Assembly: GCA_041571435.1 (NCBI GenBank)
Contig: JBFFUI010000005.1
Location: forward strand, 1 to 64,000
Length of the DNA: 64,000 nt
Reading direction: 5' to 3'
Source of the DNA: Sulfurimonadaceae bacterium
Lineage (GTDB): Bacteria > Campylobacterota > Campylobacteria > Campylobacterales > Sulfurimonadaceae
The translations under genes were made by a program, and so were the position numbers. The notes under the pieces were generated by a model that worked only from the letters and a program-made list of their open reading frames with translations, made no database searches and was not told the DNA's origin. Shown here one piece after another: positions 38,167 through 47,654 of this stretch. Within the stretch, counting starts at the first letter, position 1. Every line of letters starts with the position of its first letter.

Positions 38167-40011
38167 ATGAAAAAATTATTATTATTGCTATATCTCTGTG
38201 TGCATCTTTTTGCGGATGCAAAGAGTGCCATTGACCCTGATCTTTTCTATTACAATGACGAGACAAGAAGCTATGCTATAGAACAGATCATTGCCGAAGA
38301 GGAAGCCTTTTTCAGTTCACGCTTAGACCCTATCCGCGCAAAGTTCCCTGCAGAGGCCTCTGTCTGGATGAAGGTCCGTCTTGCCAACTCCAGCGACGCA
38401 AAGATGACCAGGATAGTGAAGTTTCTGGATATCCGTCTTGACAGAATGGACATCTACGATGCCGAGGGTCATTTTTTGCGTTCGGAAGGCGACAGGGTTC
38501 CTTTTGCGGACCGTGTGCACAAAGATGCGCAGATCGCCATTGATATGACTGCGGAGCCTCGGTCGGAAACGGTGTACTATCTCAATCTTCTCAACGAGGA
38601 CAAGGCTGACGCCTCCTACCTGGTCTACGACGAGGAGGGGTACAAAGAGCATATTCTCATCAAAAAGATGGTGCATGCCTTCTTCTTTGGTACCCTCTCA
38701 ATCATGCTGCTTTACAACTTTATGCTTTACCTCTTTATCCGTGAAATAGCTTTTTTACAGTACGTACTCTATCACGTCGTGCTGCTGATCGCGATGCTCT
38801 ATTACAACGGCATCGTTGTTGAATACTTTTACCCTGAGGCGGAGGGCCTTAATGGTGGCAATGTCCCAAGGATCTGGATGTTTCTAGCGGTCATCCTGGC
38901 GACAGAGTTCCTGCGCAGCTTTCTTCAGGTCAAAATACACACGCCGAGACTGGACAAAGGGCTTCTTTTCTTTATCTACTTGAATCTTGCCTTGCTAATA
39001 CTCGATCTCTTCGGTATCAGTAAGATGATCCATTCACAGATAGGCGTTATCCTTATGATGCCGCTGAGCATCTACCTGCTTTATGTCGGGTTTTACCATG
39101 CAGTTGTCAAAAAAAGGACGATCGCCGTCTTCTATGTTTTGGGCTGGTTTATCATGATGCTCTCCATCATCATTACCGGGTTGCTCAGTTTGGGATTGAT
39201 ACCGAGAAATGAAGTGAGCTCCTATATGTTCCAGATAGGTTCTTTCACCGAAGTGGCACTTCTCTCTATGGGTCTTGCCTACCGTTACAACGAGACGCAA
39301 AAAGCGATCATCTATAAAGACAGGCAGTTAAAAGAGATCAATGCCAATCTTGAAGCGACGATCATGGAGCGGACAACGGAGCTTGCCAACGAGGTCGAAC
39401 AGACAAGAAGCCTGCTGGATGACCGCGAGATACTCTTTAAAGAGCTCTATCACAGGGTCAAGAACAACCTTCAGATGCTGACAAGTATTTTGTCCATGCA
39501 GCTCAGAAGGCTGGACGATGAGGCGTCAAAAAGCGCTCTTCAGGAGTTCATCGGCCGTATCAAATCGCTGGCGCTTCTGCATGAAAAACTGCAGAGTTCG
39601 GAGAAGCTTGACCGTATCAATATGCAGGAGTATTTACAGTCGCTTTTGCAAGAGGTAAAGAACGCCAATCCGTTCGCTCAGCTGGAGTTCGAACTAAAAA
39701 GTCAGGATATCTACCTGACAATCGATCAGGTCACCCCTATCGGGCTGATCATCAACGAACTCGCGTCCAACTCGTTCAAGCACGCCTTTGAAAACATCAA
39801 GCAGCCAAAAATAGCGGTGCATTTGAAAGAGTCGGGCAGTACGCACTTGGAGCTTTTCTACAGCGATAACGGCGTAGGTGCTACCGAGCTGAGTAACGCT
39901 AAGTCCCTAGGTACAGTGCTAATCGATACGCTTGGCAGGTCACAGCTGAAAGGGGAGGTCGCGATAGAGATAAAACCGTCGCTCTCCTACAGCATCGTGT
40001 TTCCGAAATAG
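38167..40011 (+). CDS. 7TM-DISM sensor histidine kinase (HisKA_2 type)
   Basis: Signal peptide, DISMED2-like region (GDRVPF..R), 7 TMs, ELYHRVKNNLQ H-box, INEL.SNS.KHAF, DNGVG. Confidence 0.9.
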   Translation: MKKLLLLLYLCVHLFADAKSAIDPDLFYYNDETRSYAIEQIIAEEEAFFSSRLDPIRAKFPAEASVWMKVRLANSSDAKMTRIVKFLDIRLDRMDIYDAEGHFLRSEGDRVPFADRVHKDAQIAIDMTAEPRSETVYYLNLLNEDKADASYLVYDEEGYKEHILIKKMVHAFFFGTLSIMLLYNFMLYLFIREIAFLQYVLYHVVLLIAMLYYNGIVVEYFYPEAEGLNGGNVPRIWMFLAVILATEFLRSFLQVKIHTPRLDKGLLFFIYLNLALLILDLFGISKMIHSQIGVILMMPLSIYLLYVGFYHAVVKKRTIAVFYVLGWFIMMLSIIITGLLSLGLIPRNEVSSYMFQIGSFTEVALLSMGLAYRYNETQKAIIYKDRQLKEINANLEATIMERTTELANEVEQTRSLLDDREILFKELYHRVKNNLQMLTSILSMQLRRLDDEASKSALQEFIGRIKSLALLHEKLQSSEKLDRINMQEYLQSLLQEVKNANPFAQLEFELKSQDIYLTIDQVTPIGLIINELASNSFKHAFENIKQPKIAVHLKESGSTHLELFYSDNGVGATELSNAKSLGTVLIDTLGRSQLKGEVAIEIKPSLSYSIVFPK

Positions 40012-40058
40012 CGGTCTCCTCGGGCTTTACTTGTAAGGTTTTTTGCTATAATCCGCCT

Positions 40059-40214
40059 ATGAACAGAACAGACAAAATCAAACGTATCACACTTATTTTT
40101 CTTGCGGCGATCGCTTCGGGCTATTTTATGTACAGCGGATTTTTCTTGCTTTTCAATGAAAGCGAGTCCAATACGACGGTTGCGCCAAAAGAATCTGCTA
40201 CACCTCTAAAGTAA
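40059..40214 (+). CDS. small single-TM protein (51 aa), probably leaderless
   Basis: MNRTDKIKRITLIFLAAIASGYFMYSGFFLLFNESESNTTVAPKESATPLK; TGCTATAAT ends 6 nt before the ATG; below the ORF-track cutoff. Confidence 0.6.
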   Translation: MNRTDKIKRITLIFLAAIASGYFMYSGFFLLFNESESNTTVAPKESATPLK

Positions 40215-41223
40215 CGGCTTTCGGAAACTGCATCGTCACACAGTGCAGTGAACCGTGCTGACGGATCAGGACGGAACACTCCACGCCGATGACCTCTCTG
40301 TCAGGAAACGCCTGCTGGATGATGGAAAGGGCTTCTGCATCATGCCGGTCGCTGTAGGTTGGGACGATCACGGCCCCGTTGATGATCAGAAAGTTGGCAT
40401 AGGTGGCCGGTAGACGTTCATCATCGTAGTAGATGGCATCGGTCATCGGCAGGGCGATGAGACGGAAGGGGTTACCGTCCATATTACGTAGGGCCCGTAG
40501 CTGTTGTTCCATCTTGGCAAGCTCTTCGTAATGATCGTCGTTTTCATCATCACTTTTGAGATACATGATCGTATTCGTGTCGATCAGACGGGCGAGAGTG
40601 TCGACGTGGCTGTCCGTGTCGTCACCGGCCAGATAGCCGTGATCAAGCCATAAGATCTTTTCAACCCCCAGTGTCTCTTTTAAAATCGCTTCGACCTCAA
40701 ACTTTTGGGTCAGTTTGGTATTGCGGTTGGGGTTCATCAGACACTGTGAAGTGGTCAACAATAGCCCTTTACCATTACTCTCTATAGCGCCGCCTTCGAG
40801 GATAAAACGCTCTTTTTGATATGCGGCACCGTAATGTTTGGCAAGCTGTGCTGTGATGGCATTGTCCAGGGATGCGTCAAACTTGTCGCCCCAGCCGGTA
40901 AAGGTAAAGTCGATCACGGTCGGTTTACCGTTCTCAAGCACCGTGATGCCGCTACAGTCTCGTGACCAGGTGTCATCACTTTCACATCGGACAAAGTGGA
41001 TATTTTCCGTATCGTTAAAATGGCTTTTGACACGTTCTATGTCGTCGCAGATCATCAGGCAGGGTTCATATTTTGCAATAGCTTCGGCGATGTTGACGAA
41101 GGTGTGCACCGCTTCGTCAAGGTAATGTTTCCAGTCGCTGTCGGCATGCGGAAAGATCATCTGAACAAAAGACTGCTCTTCAAATTCTGCCGGTAAGCGT
41201 CTTGCACTGTATTCATGTCTCAT
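40198..41223 (-). CDS. agmatine deiminase / peptidylarginine deiminase family protein
   Basis: LPAEFE, DTWSRD, LEGG, DTDSHVD and HGSLHCVTMQ motifs. Confidence 0.92.
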   Translation of the reverse strand: MRHEYSARRLPAEFEEQSFVQMIFPHADSDWKHYLDEAVHTFVNIAEAIAKYEPCLMICDDIERVKSHFNDTENIHFVRCESDDTWSRDCSGITVLENGKPTVIDFTFTGWGDKFDASLDNAITAQLAKHYGAAYQKERFILEGGAIESNGKGLLLTTSQCLMNPNRNTKLTQKFEVEAILKETLGVEKILWLDHGYLAGDDTDSHVDTLARLIDTNTIMYLKSDDENDDHYEELAKMEQQLRALRNMDGNPFRLIALPMTDAIYYDDERLPATYANFLIINGAVIVPTYSDRHDAEALSIIQQAFPDREVIGVECSVLIRQHGSLHCVTMQFPKAVTLEV

Positions 41224-41272
41224 TTTTCGTTTTCCGTTTCCCATGCGAAGGATTCTCTTGCTATAATCGCAC

Positions 41273-42289
41273 ATGGCAATTATTCGACTCAGCCGCAAGG
41301 CATATTTTCATAATCTTGACATTATCGCACAAAAAGTTGGTGACATCTCTAAAATCGCAGTGGTTTTAAAAGACAACGCGTACGGCCACGGGCTTTTGGA
41401 GATGGCACAGCTCTCGGAAGCGTACGGTATCCGTAACGCCGTCGTCCGTTCACGTGCCGAAGCTGAAACGGTGCAGACGCATTTTACGAAGATCCTGATT
41501 CTGGCCGAAACGGACTGCTTGCCTGAGGAGAGCTTTACCTACGCCGTCAATTCGCTCGAGGAGATCGAGAAGATGCCCAAAGGGTGCCAGGTCGAACTTA
41601 AAGTCGACACGGGGATGCACCGCAACGGGGTGGCACTGGATGAGGTGGAAACGGCAATTTCGATGATCATCGAAAAGGGGCTGGTCTTCAACGGGGTCTT
41701 TACCCATAACCGCAGCGCCGATGCACTCAGTGCGGAGTGGTTCTGGCAGCGCAAGAACTTCGAAAAAGTCAAAGAGCAGGTGTCGGCACTGCAAGCGACA
41801 TATGGCTATCAAATGCCACGTTTTCACTCCGCCAACTCCGCGGCGACCTTCCGCTTCGGTACTTTCGATGAAGACATGGTCCGCGTCGGCATCGCGGCCT
41901 ACGGCTGCCTTGAGATGGACGCGACTTTAGAGATGCCCGAACTCCAGCCCGTCTTGTCACTTCATGCCGACCGGATCGCAACGCGTAACCTGAAAAAAGG
42001 GGAGCATGTCGGTTACAATGCGACCTTCAGAGCCGACGAGGAGATGACGGTTTCGACCTACGACCTCGGCTACGCCGACGGTCTGCTGCGCACGGCTTCC
42101 AACAGCTATACAGCGCCGAACGGCGAACGACTGCTGGGGCGCGTCTCGATGGACAACACCAGCTTCACCGGCAACACCGACGAACTGCTGGTCTTCGACA
42201 ACGCCAACACCTATGCCGAAGCCGCCGGGACGATCGGCTACGAGGTGCTCGTGGGGTTGGACGCACAGATCAAACGCGTCGTCGTTTGA
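41273..42289 (+). CDS. alr: alanine racemase
   Basis: VLKDNAYGHG, KVDTGMHR, NSA, GYADG, GRVSMD and GTIGYE motifs. Confidence 0.96.
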   Translation: MAIIRLSRKAYFHNLDIIAQKVGDISKIAVVLKDNAYGHGLLEMAQLSEAYGIRNAVVRSRAEAETVQTHFTKILILAETDCLPEESFTYAVNSLEEIEKMPKGCQVELKVDTGMHRNGVALDEVETAISMIIEKGLVFNGVFTHNRSADALSAEWFWQRKNFEKVKEQVSALQATYGYQMPRFHSANSAATFRFGTFDEDMVRVGIAAYGCLEMDATLEMPELQPVLSLHADRIATRNLKKGEHVGYNATFRADEEMTVSTYDLGYADGLLRTASNSYTAPNGERLLGRVSMDNTSFTGNTDELLVFDNANTYAEAAGTIGYEVLVGLDAQIKRVVV

Positions 42290-42318
42290 TGCGCTGCATC
42301 TTTTAATCTGCCTCGTAA

Positions 42319-42951
42319 CTACTTGCCTAGCAGCGCATCGACATCAAAGTCGCAATCATTTCTTTCATTATTGGAATTACCGAAAACTCTACCGCTTAAA
42401 GATGAATTGTATTTTGCAAATGCACGCGATCGTAGAACAGTATTAAATTGGATGGACTTAAAATCTTTTCTAGTAAAGACTACATGATCTATCAATAGAG
42501 GCTCATTATGACGTTCAGCTGCATATTTAAAATAAAAATTACAATTCATTGCCGCATGTACATATTCAACTGTCTCCCTCGCCTTTTCAGGGTTTTGAAT
42601 AATGATCTGTGCAGCTCTGGCACCCTGCATAGCGATCTCTCTGACGATCTGATGGTATTCGACAGGTTTGTCCTCGCAGACATCTTCATAGGCATTGACC
42701 ACTTTGCCGTTGGGCAACGTCAACTGGACCTTCTCTTTTTTGCACGGGATGTAGGTGTCGTAGGTCTTGTAGATCCAGCGCTCCACATCATCCCTAACGC
42801 CATTGTTATTGGTATCAACCCCTAGCAAGGTCGAATTGTTAATGGCAGGATCAGGCTCCGGCGGCAGGACGTGGCCGTTGATGACCTCGGGTGTCTCGGT
42901 AGCGGAGAGGCTGGTGATGAAGATCAGGATGATAAGCAGGGTATTGCGCAT
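42319..42951 (-). CDS. secreted hypothetical protein with LPPEPDP...GVDTNNNGVRDDVE motif
   Basis: Signal peptide; DxNxNG loop resembling a Ca-binding DxDxDG motif; four Cys. Confidence 0.75.
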   Translation of the reverse strand: MRNTLLIILIFITSLSATETPEVINGHVLPPEPDPAINNSTLLGVDTNNNGVRDDVERWIYKTYDTYIPCKKEKVQLTLPNGKVVNAYEDVCEDKPVEYHQIVREIAMQGARAAQIIIQNPEKARETVEYVHAAMNCNFYFKYAAERHNEPLLIDHVVFTRKDFKSIQFNTVLRSRAFAKYNSSLSGRVFGNSNNERNDCDFDVDALLGK

Positions 42952-42953
42952 GT

Positions 42954-43511
42954 TTATCCGTTGAAGTAAACTGCGATCGGAGCAGCGATGCCAAGCACAA
43001 TGAATACATAGCCGAATTTGTGCATATACTTTAAAAAGAATTTTTCAGTCGGATCGGCAGCCGTCGATCGACTGACTAGATCCATATATTTTTGGTAATC
43101 GTCTTTGAGCATAAACCTCGTAACTTTATCGTGATAAATAGAAGTCAAACCTATTGAAATAAACATTACTGGCGCCATAGCTGTTACTATGGCATCTTTT
43201 AAAACTAGAAATGGTGTTAGCGGAGAGCCGGTGAATACCTTGTAGGCAATATAGATAATATAAACAATGATGGATGGTAGAAAAATAAGTTTAAATTCTA
43301 CCATTTTCACTTTTTTAGTCAATGCCGTCAGTTCACTGTCTCCGGCAATCTCTTTTTCCAGTTTTTCACTTTCATAGGCCGCTTTTTTCATTTTTTCAGG
43401 ATAAAAGCGGCGTAAGTATTTGAGTGAAGGGTGTATGGCTCCACTGACAAGTAATAAGCCTATGAAGTAAGGACTTGTAAATAAGTTGATCACATCGTCC
43501 CAACTGCTCAT
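42954..43511 (-). CDS. hypothetical membrane protein (~4 TM)
   Basis: AAGGAG RBS before ATG 43511; hydrophobic segments; AT-rich. Confidence 0.7.
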   Translation of the reverse strand: MSSWDDVINLFTSPYFIGLLLVSGAIHPSLKYLRRFYPEKMKKAAYESEKLEKEIAGDSELTALTKKVKMVEFKLIFLPSIIVYIIYIAYKVFTGSPLTPFLVLKDAIVTAMAPVMFISIGLTSIYHDKVTRFMLKDDYQKYMDLVSRSTAADPTEKFFLKYMHKFGYVFIVLGIAAPIAVYFNG

Positions 43512-43628
43512 ACATCTCCTTTGCATCTAAATGTACGAAGTGTAGCATAATCAACAATATTAAACGAAATCTATTGCATATTTGGTTGTGCTGAGTGTAG
43601 TTGAAAGTTGTGGATAAACAATATATCG

Positions 43629-44105
43629 TTATTTGATGCGCCGTGTCATCCAGTAGTGTTTTTTCCAGTAGATATCATTCATGTTGGAGATAATGACGCC
43701 CTGACTTGAGGAGGCGTGCATAAAGTCCCCGTTTTGCAGGTAGATGCCGACATGACGGGTGTTGTATCCGGTTCTGAAAAAGACCAGATCACTGGTGGTT
43801 ACGGATGAGCGCGGTACTTTTTTCCCGTAACCGGCCAGTGCCTTGGTGGTTCGGGGGATCTTCATCTTAAAGAGATCATAGTAGGCGCGCTGTACAAAAC
43901 CTGAACAGTCGATGCCTTGTGAGCCGTAACCACCAAGTTTGTAAGGGGTCTGATGCCATCTGTTGTGGTAGGGGTAGAGCTTGTCAAGATCACCGTAGTT
44001 CACATGTGAACTGTCTGATGATGAAGCGCTCGGGGCTGAACGGGTTGAACAACCGCTTAAGAGCGCTAGGAGAAGGAGTAAAAGAGCAGGGCGCAGACAC
44101 AACAT
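43629..44105 (-). CDS. NlpC/P60 family lipoprotein (C40 peptidase)
   Basis: Lipobox LSGC; PYKLGG, DCSGF, HVGIY and HAS motifs. Confidence 0.93.
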   Translation of the reverse strand: MLCLRPALLLLLLALLSGCSTRSAPSASSSDSSHVNYGDLDKLYPYHNRWHQTPYKLGGYGSQGIDCSGFVQRAYYDLFKMKIPRTTKALAGYGKKVPRSSVTTSDLVFFRTGYNTRHVGIYLQNGDFMHASSSQGVIISNMNDIYWKKHYWMTRRIK

Positions 44106-44106
44106 C

Positions 44107-44499
44107 TTAATTACTTATTTTAATGATAGCCTGAGCAAAGATAACGCCGTCGATCCCTTCGCTGATCTTCTCTTCAATGCTGGCACCACTCTCGAGACGG
44201 CACAATATCTTGGCATCAAAGAGGTAGTTCTCAGCAACATTTTGTGCCGATTTGGCCAGTTCCTCGCTGACAAGAATGTACTTTGCGCCAAAGTTATGCG
44301 CATAGACAACTTCGCTGAGACTGGCAGCCTCAAGTGCGAACGTGAGACGGTTCTTCTGCAAATGTCTGATAATGTCGAGGTTCTCCTCTTTGAAGTGGGT
44401 AAAGAGGGCGCTGTTGGCGGGTGTATGTTCTATCTCATCGATTTCGTCGATATGATAAAAAGGTTCAAAGTCGATGTACGGATGGCCAAAAAGAAGCAT
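44107..44499 (-). CDS. conserved hypothetical protein
   Basis: GGAGG RBS; Q..AENYLFD.KIL...GIDG pattern; within the rsmG operon. Confidence 0.7.
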   Translation of the reverse strand: MLLFGHPYIDFEPFYHIDEIDEIEHTPANSALFTHFKEENLDIIRHLQKNRLTFALEAASLSEVVYAHNFGAKYILVSEELAKSAQNVAENYLFDAKILCRLESGASIEEKISEGIDGVIFAQAIIKISN

Positions 44500-44512
44500 G
44501 CTGTCCCTCCCC

Positions 44513-44737
44513 TTATGCTTTGTCTCGACACTCTGTCGAACAGTAGAACTTACCTGAAGAGACGATGGCTTCGTTCGTCGAGATATAGGTGCCGCAGGTT
44601 GCACATTCTATCATCATTTCGTCATCATCTTCTCTGCTGTTTTTTGCATGACGCTCCTTGGTGAGCGGGGTGCTTTTTTTGATAAAGAAAAAGTAGATAA
44701 CGGCGATGACACCGATGACCAGTAGTAGTTTTAACAT
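44513..44737 (-). CDS. PP0621-family small protein (TM plus CxxC...CSxEC)
   Basis: N-terminal TM; MIECATCGTY...FYCSTEC. Confidence 0.75.
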   Translation of the reverse strand: MLKLLLVIGVIAVIYFFFIKKSTPLTKERHAKNSREDDDEMMIECATCGTYISTNEAIVSSGKFYCSTECRDKA

Positions 44738-44746
44738 ATTTTCTCC

Positions 44747-45322
44747 TTAGACCTCGATGACAAGATAGTGGCGTTTTTGGGTCTGGATGATCTGATGTTT
44801 AAGTGAAGAGTCCACTTCGTCAAAGACCTTTTCACCCTTGTAGAACAGCAGTTTACTCCCTTCGTGAAGAAAGGGTTTGCTAAGCTGCATCAGCATCTTC
44901 GTATCGGTCACGGCACGGGAGGTGACAAGGTCGATAGGACGGGGCTCCAACTCTTCGACACGGCAGTTGGCAACCGTGACATTTTTGAGTCCGAGGTCGG
45001 CTTTGATAAACTGCAAAAAACTGGCACGTTTTTGCAGGGGTTCACACAAGATAACCTCTGTATCGGGCAGGGCAAAAGCGAGGATCATACCCGGAAAACC
45101 GGCGCCTGTACCGATGTCAAGAATGCTGTTGACTTTTGGCAAAAAAGAGACAGGGAAGACGGCATCATAGATGAACTTGTCCATCAGCTCTTCGTTTTTT
45201 GCACCGGTCAGGTTATGTATCTTGTTCCATTTCTTCAGCTGCTCTTTGTAGCGTTTGACGTAGTCAAAAAACTGTTCATCGAGTGTGATATTGTCTTTTA
45301 ATAGTTCTGCTTTTATATCCAT
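44747..45322 (-). CDS. rsmG: 16S rRNA m7G527 methyltransferase
   Basis: WNKIHNLT, DIGTGAGFPG and TSRAV motifs. Confidence 0.95.
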   Translation of the reverse strand: MDIKAELLKDNITLDEQFFDYVKRYKEQLKKWNKIHNLTGAKNEELMDKFIYDAVFPVSFLPKVNSILDIGTGAGFPGMILAFALPDTEVILCEPLQKRASFLQFIKADLGLKNVTVANCRVEELEPRPIDLVTSRAVTDTKMLMQLSKPFLHEGSKLLFYKGEKVFDEVDSSLKHQIIQTQKRHYLVIEV

Positions 45323-45331
45323 CTGCGGCTC

Positions 45332-45865
45332 TTAAAAAGCATAGAAGTTGTAGTTTAGACCGCCATAGGCAGCACCGGCATTGAAGTCGGTGGCTTTGTC
45401 GTTAAAGGTCCAGTAGTGGCGATAAGCCAGCTCGATCTCAAAGTCGGCAGGCAGCAAGAAGATCAAGCCTGTCTGTGCACCACCCATCGGTGCTGCCTTT
45501 GTCTCCGCATTGATGTCGGCAATGGCGGCGCCGAAACGGACACCGAAAAAGAATTTTGCCGTCGCCTTGGCAATAACAGTGAACTCATCGCTGACACCTT
45601 CGAGGGCAAGGTAGGGGTTTTGTGTCTTGTTGACAGGCTGACCGATCTCATCGGCCGCTGTAAAGCCCAGATAGATACGACTGTTTTTGTCTTGCAGGCC
45701 GATCTTCAGACCATACTCCGGTCCGTAAAGATAGTCTGAACCTGCCGGGGCATCTGTGAGCATTGTACCGGTTGCACCGGCTTCGATACCGACAAACCAT
45801 TTTGATTCTTCGGCAAACAGCGAGAACGGGAGTATAAAAAGTAAAAGGAGAGGTAATAGTTTCAT
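45332..45865 (-). CDS. small outer-membrane beta-barrel protein
   Basis: Signal peptide, alternating amphipathic strands, aromatic C-terminus (GLNYNFYAF). Confidence 0.65.
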   Translation of the reverse strand: MKLLPLLLLFILPFSLFAEESKWFVGIEAGATGTMLTDAPAGSDYLYGPEYGLKIGLQDKNSRIYLGFTAADEIGQPVNKTQNPYLALEGVSDEFTVIAKATAKFFFGVRFGAAIADINAETKAAPMGGAQTGLIFLLPADFEIELAYRHYWTFNDKATDFNAGAAYGGLNYNFYAF

Positions 45866-46010
45866 GGTGTAAAAGCCTTCATCAATAGTCTATCTTTGAA
45901 CATTTATCATATAACATTAGCGCTCAAAAAAAACTTCACTGTTGTTTATTTGAATGATTTTAACCGTGTAACCGGTCATATGCAAACGAAAAGCCGATTG
46001 ACGGTCGTTG

Positions 46011-46574
46011 TTACAGAAGGTGTCCCATCTCATCTTTTTTGACTTGAAGGTACTCCTCATTGTGTACATTGGAGTCGATGATGATCGGAAGGCGCTCAAC
46101 GATCTCGATATTTTCGAGGGAGTTGATTTTGTCCGGATTGTTGGTCAGCAGACGGATCTTTTTGATATTGAAGTGTTCCAAAATGGTCGTGACGATCTCA
46201 TAGGTGCGTTCATCAGCCGCAAAGCCCAACTGGTGGTTGGCTTCGATAGTGTTGAAACCCTGGTCCTGCAAAGCATAGGCATTGATCTTGTTGAGCAGAC
46301 CGATGTTGCGCCCCTCCTGACGGAGGTAGATCACCATACCGCCTTCCTTCTCGATCGTGTTGAGCGCAAACTCCAGCTGATCGCGGCAGTCACATTTCAG
46401 ACTGCCGAGGGCGTCTCCCGTCAAACATTCGGAGTGGACACGGACGATAGGTGTTTCATCTAAAGGCTCTTTGTAGATAACAAGGTGTTCTTTATGTGCC
46501 TCTTTAAACGCTTTGACTTTAAAATTGCCAAATCGTGACGGTAAATTGGCTACCTCTGAAATTTTTATGTTCAT
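46011..46574 (-). CDS. ribA: GTP cyclohydrolase II
   Basis: RVHSECLTGD..S.KCDC, QEGRNIGL and LLTNNP motifs. Confidence 0.97.
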   Translation of the reverse strand: MNIKISEVANLPSRFGNFKVKAFKEAHKEHLVIYKEPLDETPIVRVHSECLTGDALGSLKCDCRDQLEFALNTIEKEGGMVIYLRQEGRNIGLLNKINAYALQDQGFNTIEANHQLGFAADERTYEIVTTILEHFNIKKIRLLTNNPDKINSLENIEIVERLPIIIDSNVHNEEYLQVKKDEMGHLL

Positions 46575-46676
46575 ATTCTCTATTCTGCTTCTTCATTTTA
46601 ATAATCTAATCGATATTATATTGTCTATCTAATTATACATAAATATTATCACTTAAATATGTCAAAGGTCTAAAAA

Positions 46677-47645
46677 ATGTTTCAACGTTTCCGTCGTAAC
46701 CGTTTAAATCCCCATCTTCGTGCACTTGTCCGCGAGACACATGTCTCAACAGATGATTTCATCTACCCGCTTTTTGTCCGTCCAGGCAAAGGGATCAAAA
46801 CCGAGGTTGCATCGATGCCGGGTGTCTACCAGATGAGTATTGATGAGGCGGTCAAAGAGTGTGAAGAGCTTAAATCTTTGGGACTCTATTCGATTATCCT
46901 GTTCGGTATTCCCGAGACGAAAGACTCGGTAGGTTCCGATGCGCTTTGTGAGCATGGGATCATCGCTGAAGCGGTGCGCAGCATTAAAAAAGCGCACCCT
47001 GATATGTTTGTTGTGACGGACCTCTGCTTCTGCGAATACACAGACCACGGTCACTGCGGTATCATCGACCATGTTCATGAGACGGTAGACAACGATGCAA
47101 CACTGGAGCTCTCCGGCAAACAGGCACTTGTACATGCTAAAGCAGGTGCCGATATGATCGCACCTTCTGGGATGATGGACGGTATTATCGAGACACTGAG
47201 AACAGCGCTGGATGAGGGTGGATATGAGAATCTGCCTATCATGAGCTATTCGACAAAATTCGCAAGCGGATATTACGGTCCGTTCCGCGATGTCGCAGAA
47301 TCGACACCGTCCTTTGGTGACAGAGGCTCCTACCAGATGGACCCGGCCAATCGACGTGAAGCGATCAATGAAAGTATTGTCGATGAAGCACAGGGAGCTG
47401 ATATCTTGATGGTAAAACCGGCTCTGGCGTACCTGGATATTGTTCGTGATATTAAAGAGAATACACGTCTGCCGATGGCTGTCTACAACGTCAGCGGCGA
47501 ATACGCAATGCTTAAATATGCCGGTGACCAGGGACTTATCGATTATGATCGTGTTTTGATGGAGACAATGATTGCGTTCAAACGGGCAGGTGCGGATATC
47601 ATTATCTCGTACCATGCCAAAGAAGTTGCCAGACTTTTAGGGTAG
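46677..47645 (+). CDS. hemB: porphobilinogen synthase
   Basis: [25 protein letters not shown] and MVKP motifs. Confidence 0.98.
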   Translation: MFQRFRRNRLNPHLRALVRETHVSTDDFIYPLFVRPGKGIKTEVASMPGVYQMSIDEAVKECEELKSLGLYSIILFGIPETKDSVGSDALCEHGIIAEAVRSIKKAHPDMFVVTDLCFCEYTDHGHCGIIDHVHETVDNDATLELSGKQALVHAKAGADMIAPSGMMDGIIETLRTALDEGGYENLPIMSYSTKFASGYYGPFRDVAESTPSFGDRGSYQMDPANRREAINESIVDEAQGADILMVKPALAYLDIVRDIKENTRLPMAVYNVSGEYAMLKYAGDQGLIDYDRVLMETMIAFKRAGADIIISYHAKEVARLLG

Positions 47646-47654
47646 TACTGCTGC

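Noticed and set aside
46746-47615. 289-aa antisense ORF within hemB, and similar shadow ORFs over uvrB, trpS, glcD, der, mgtE and the MscS gene
   Set aside because: They lie wholly opposite conserved genes, lack motifs and RBSs, and are expected from codon bias.
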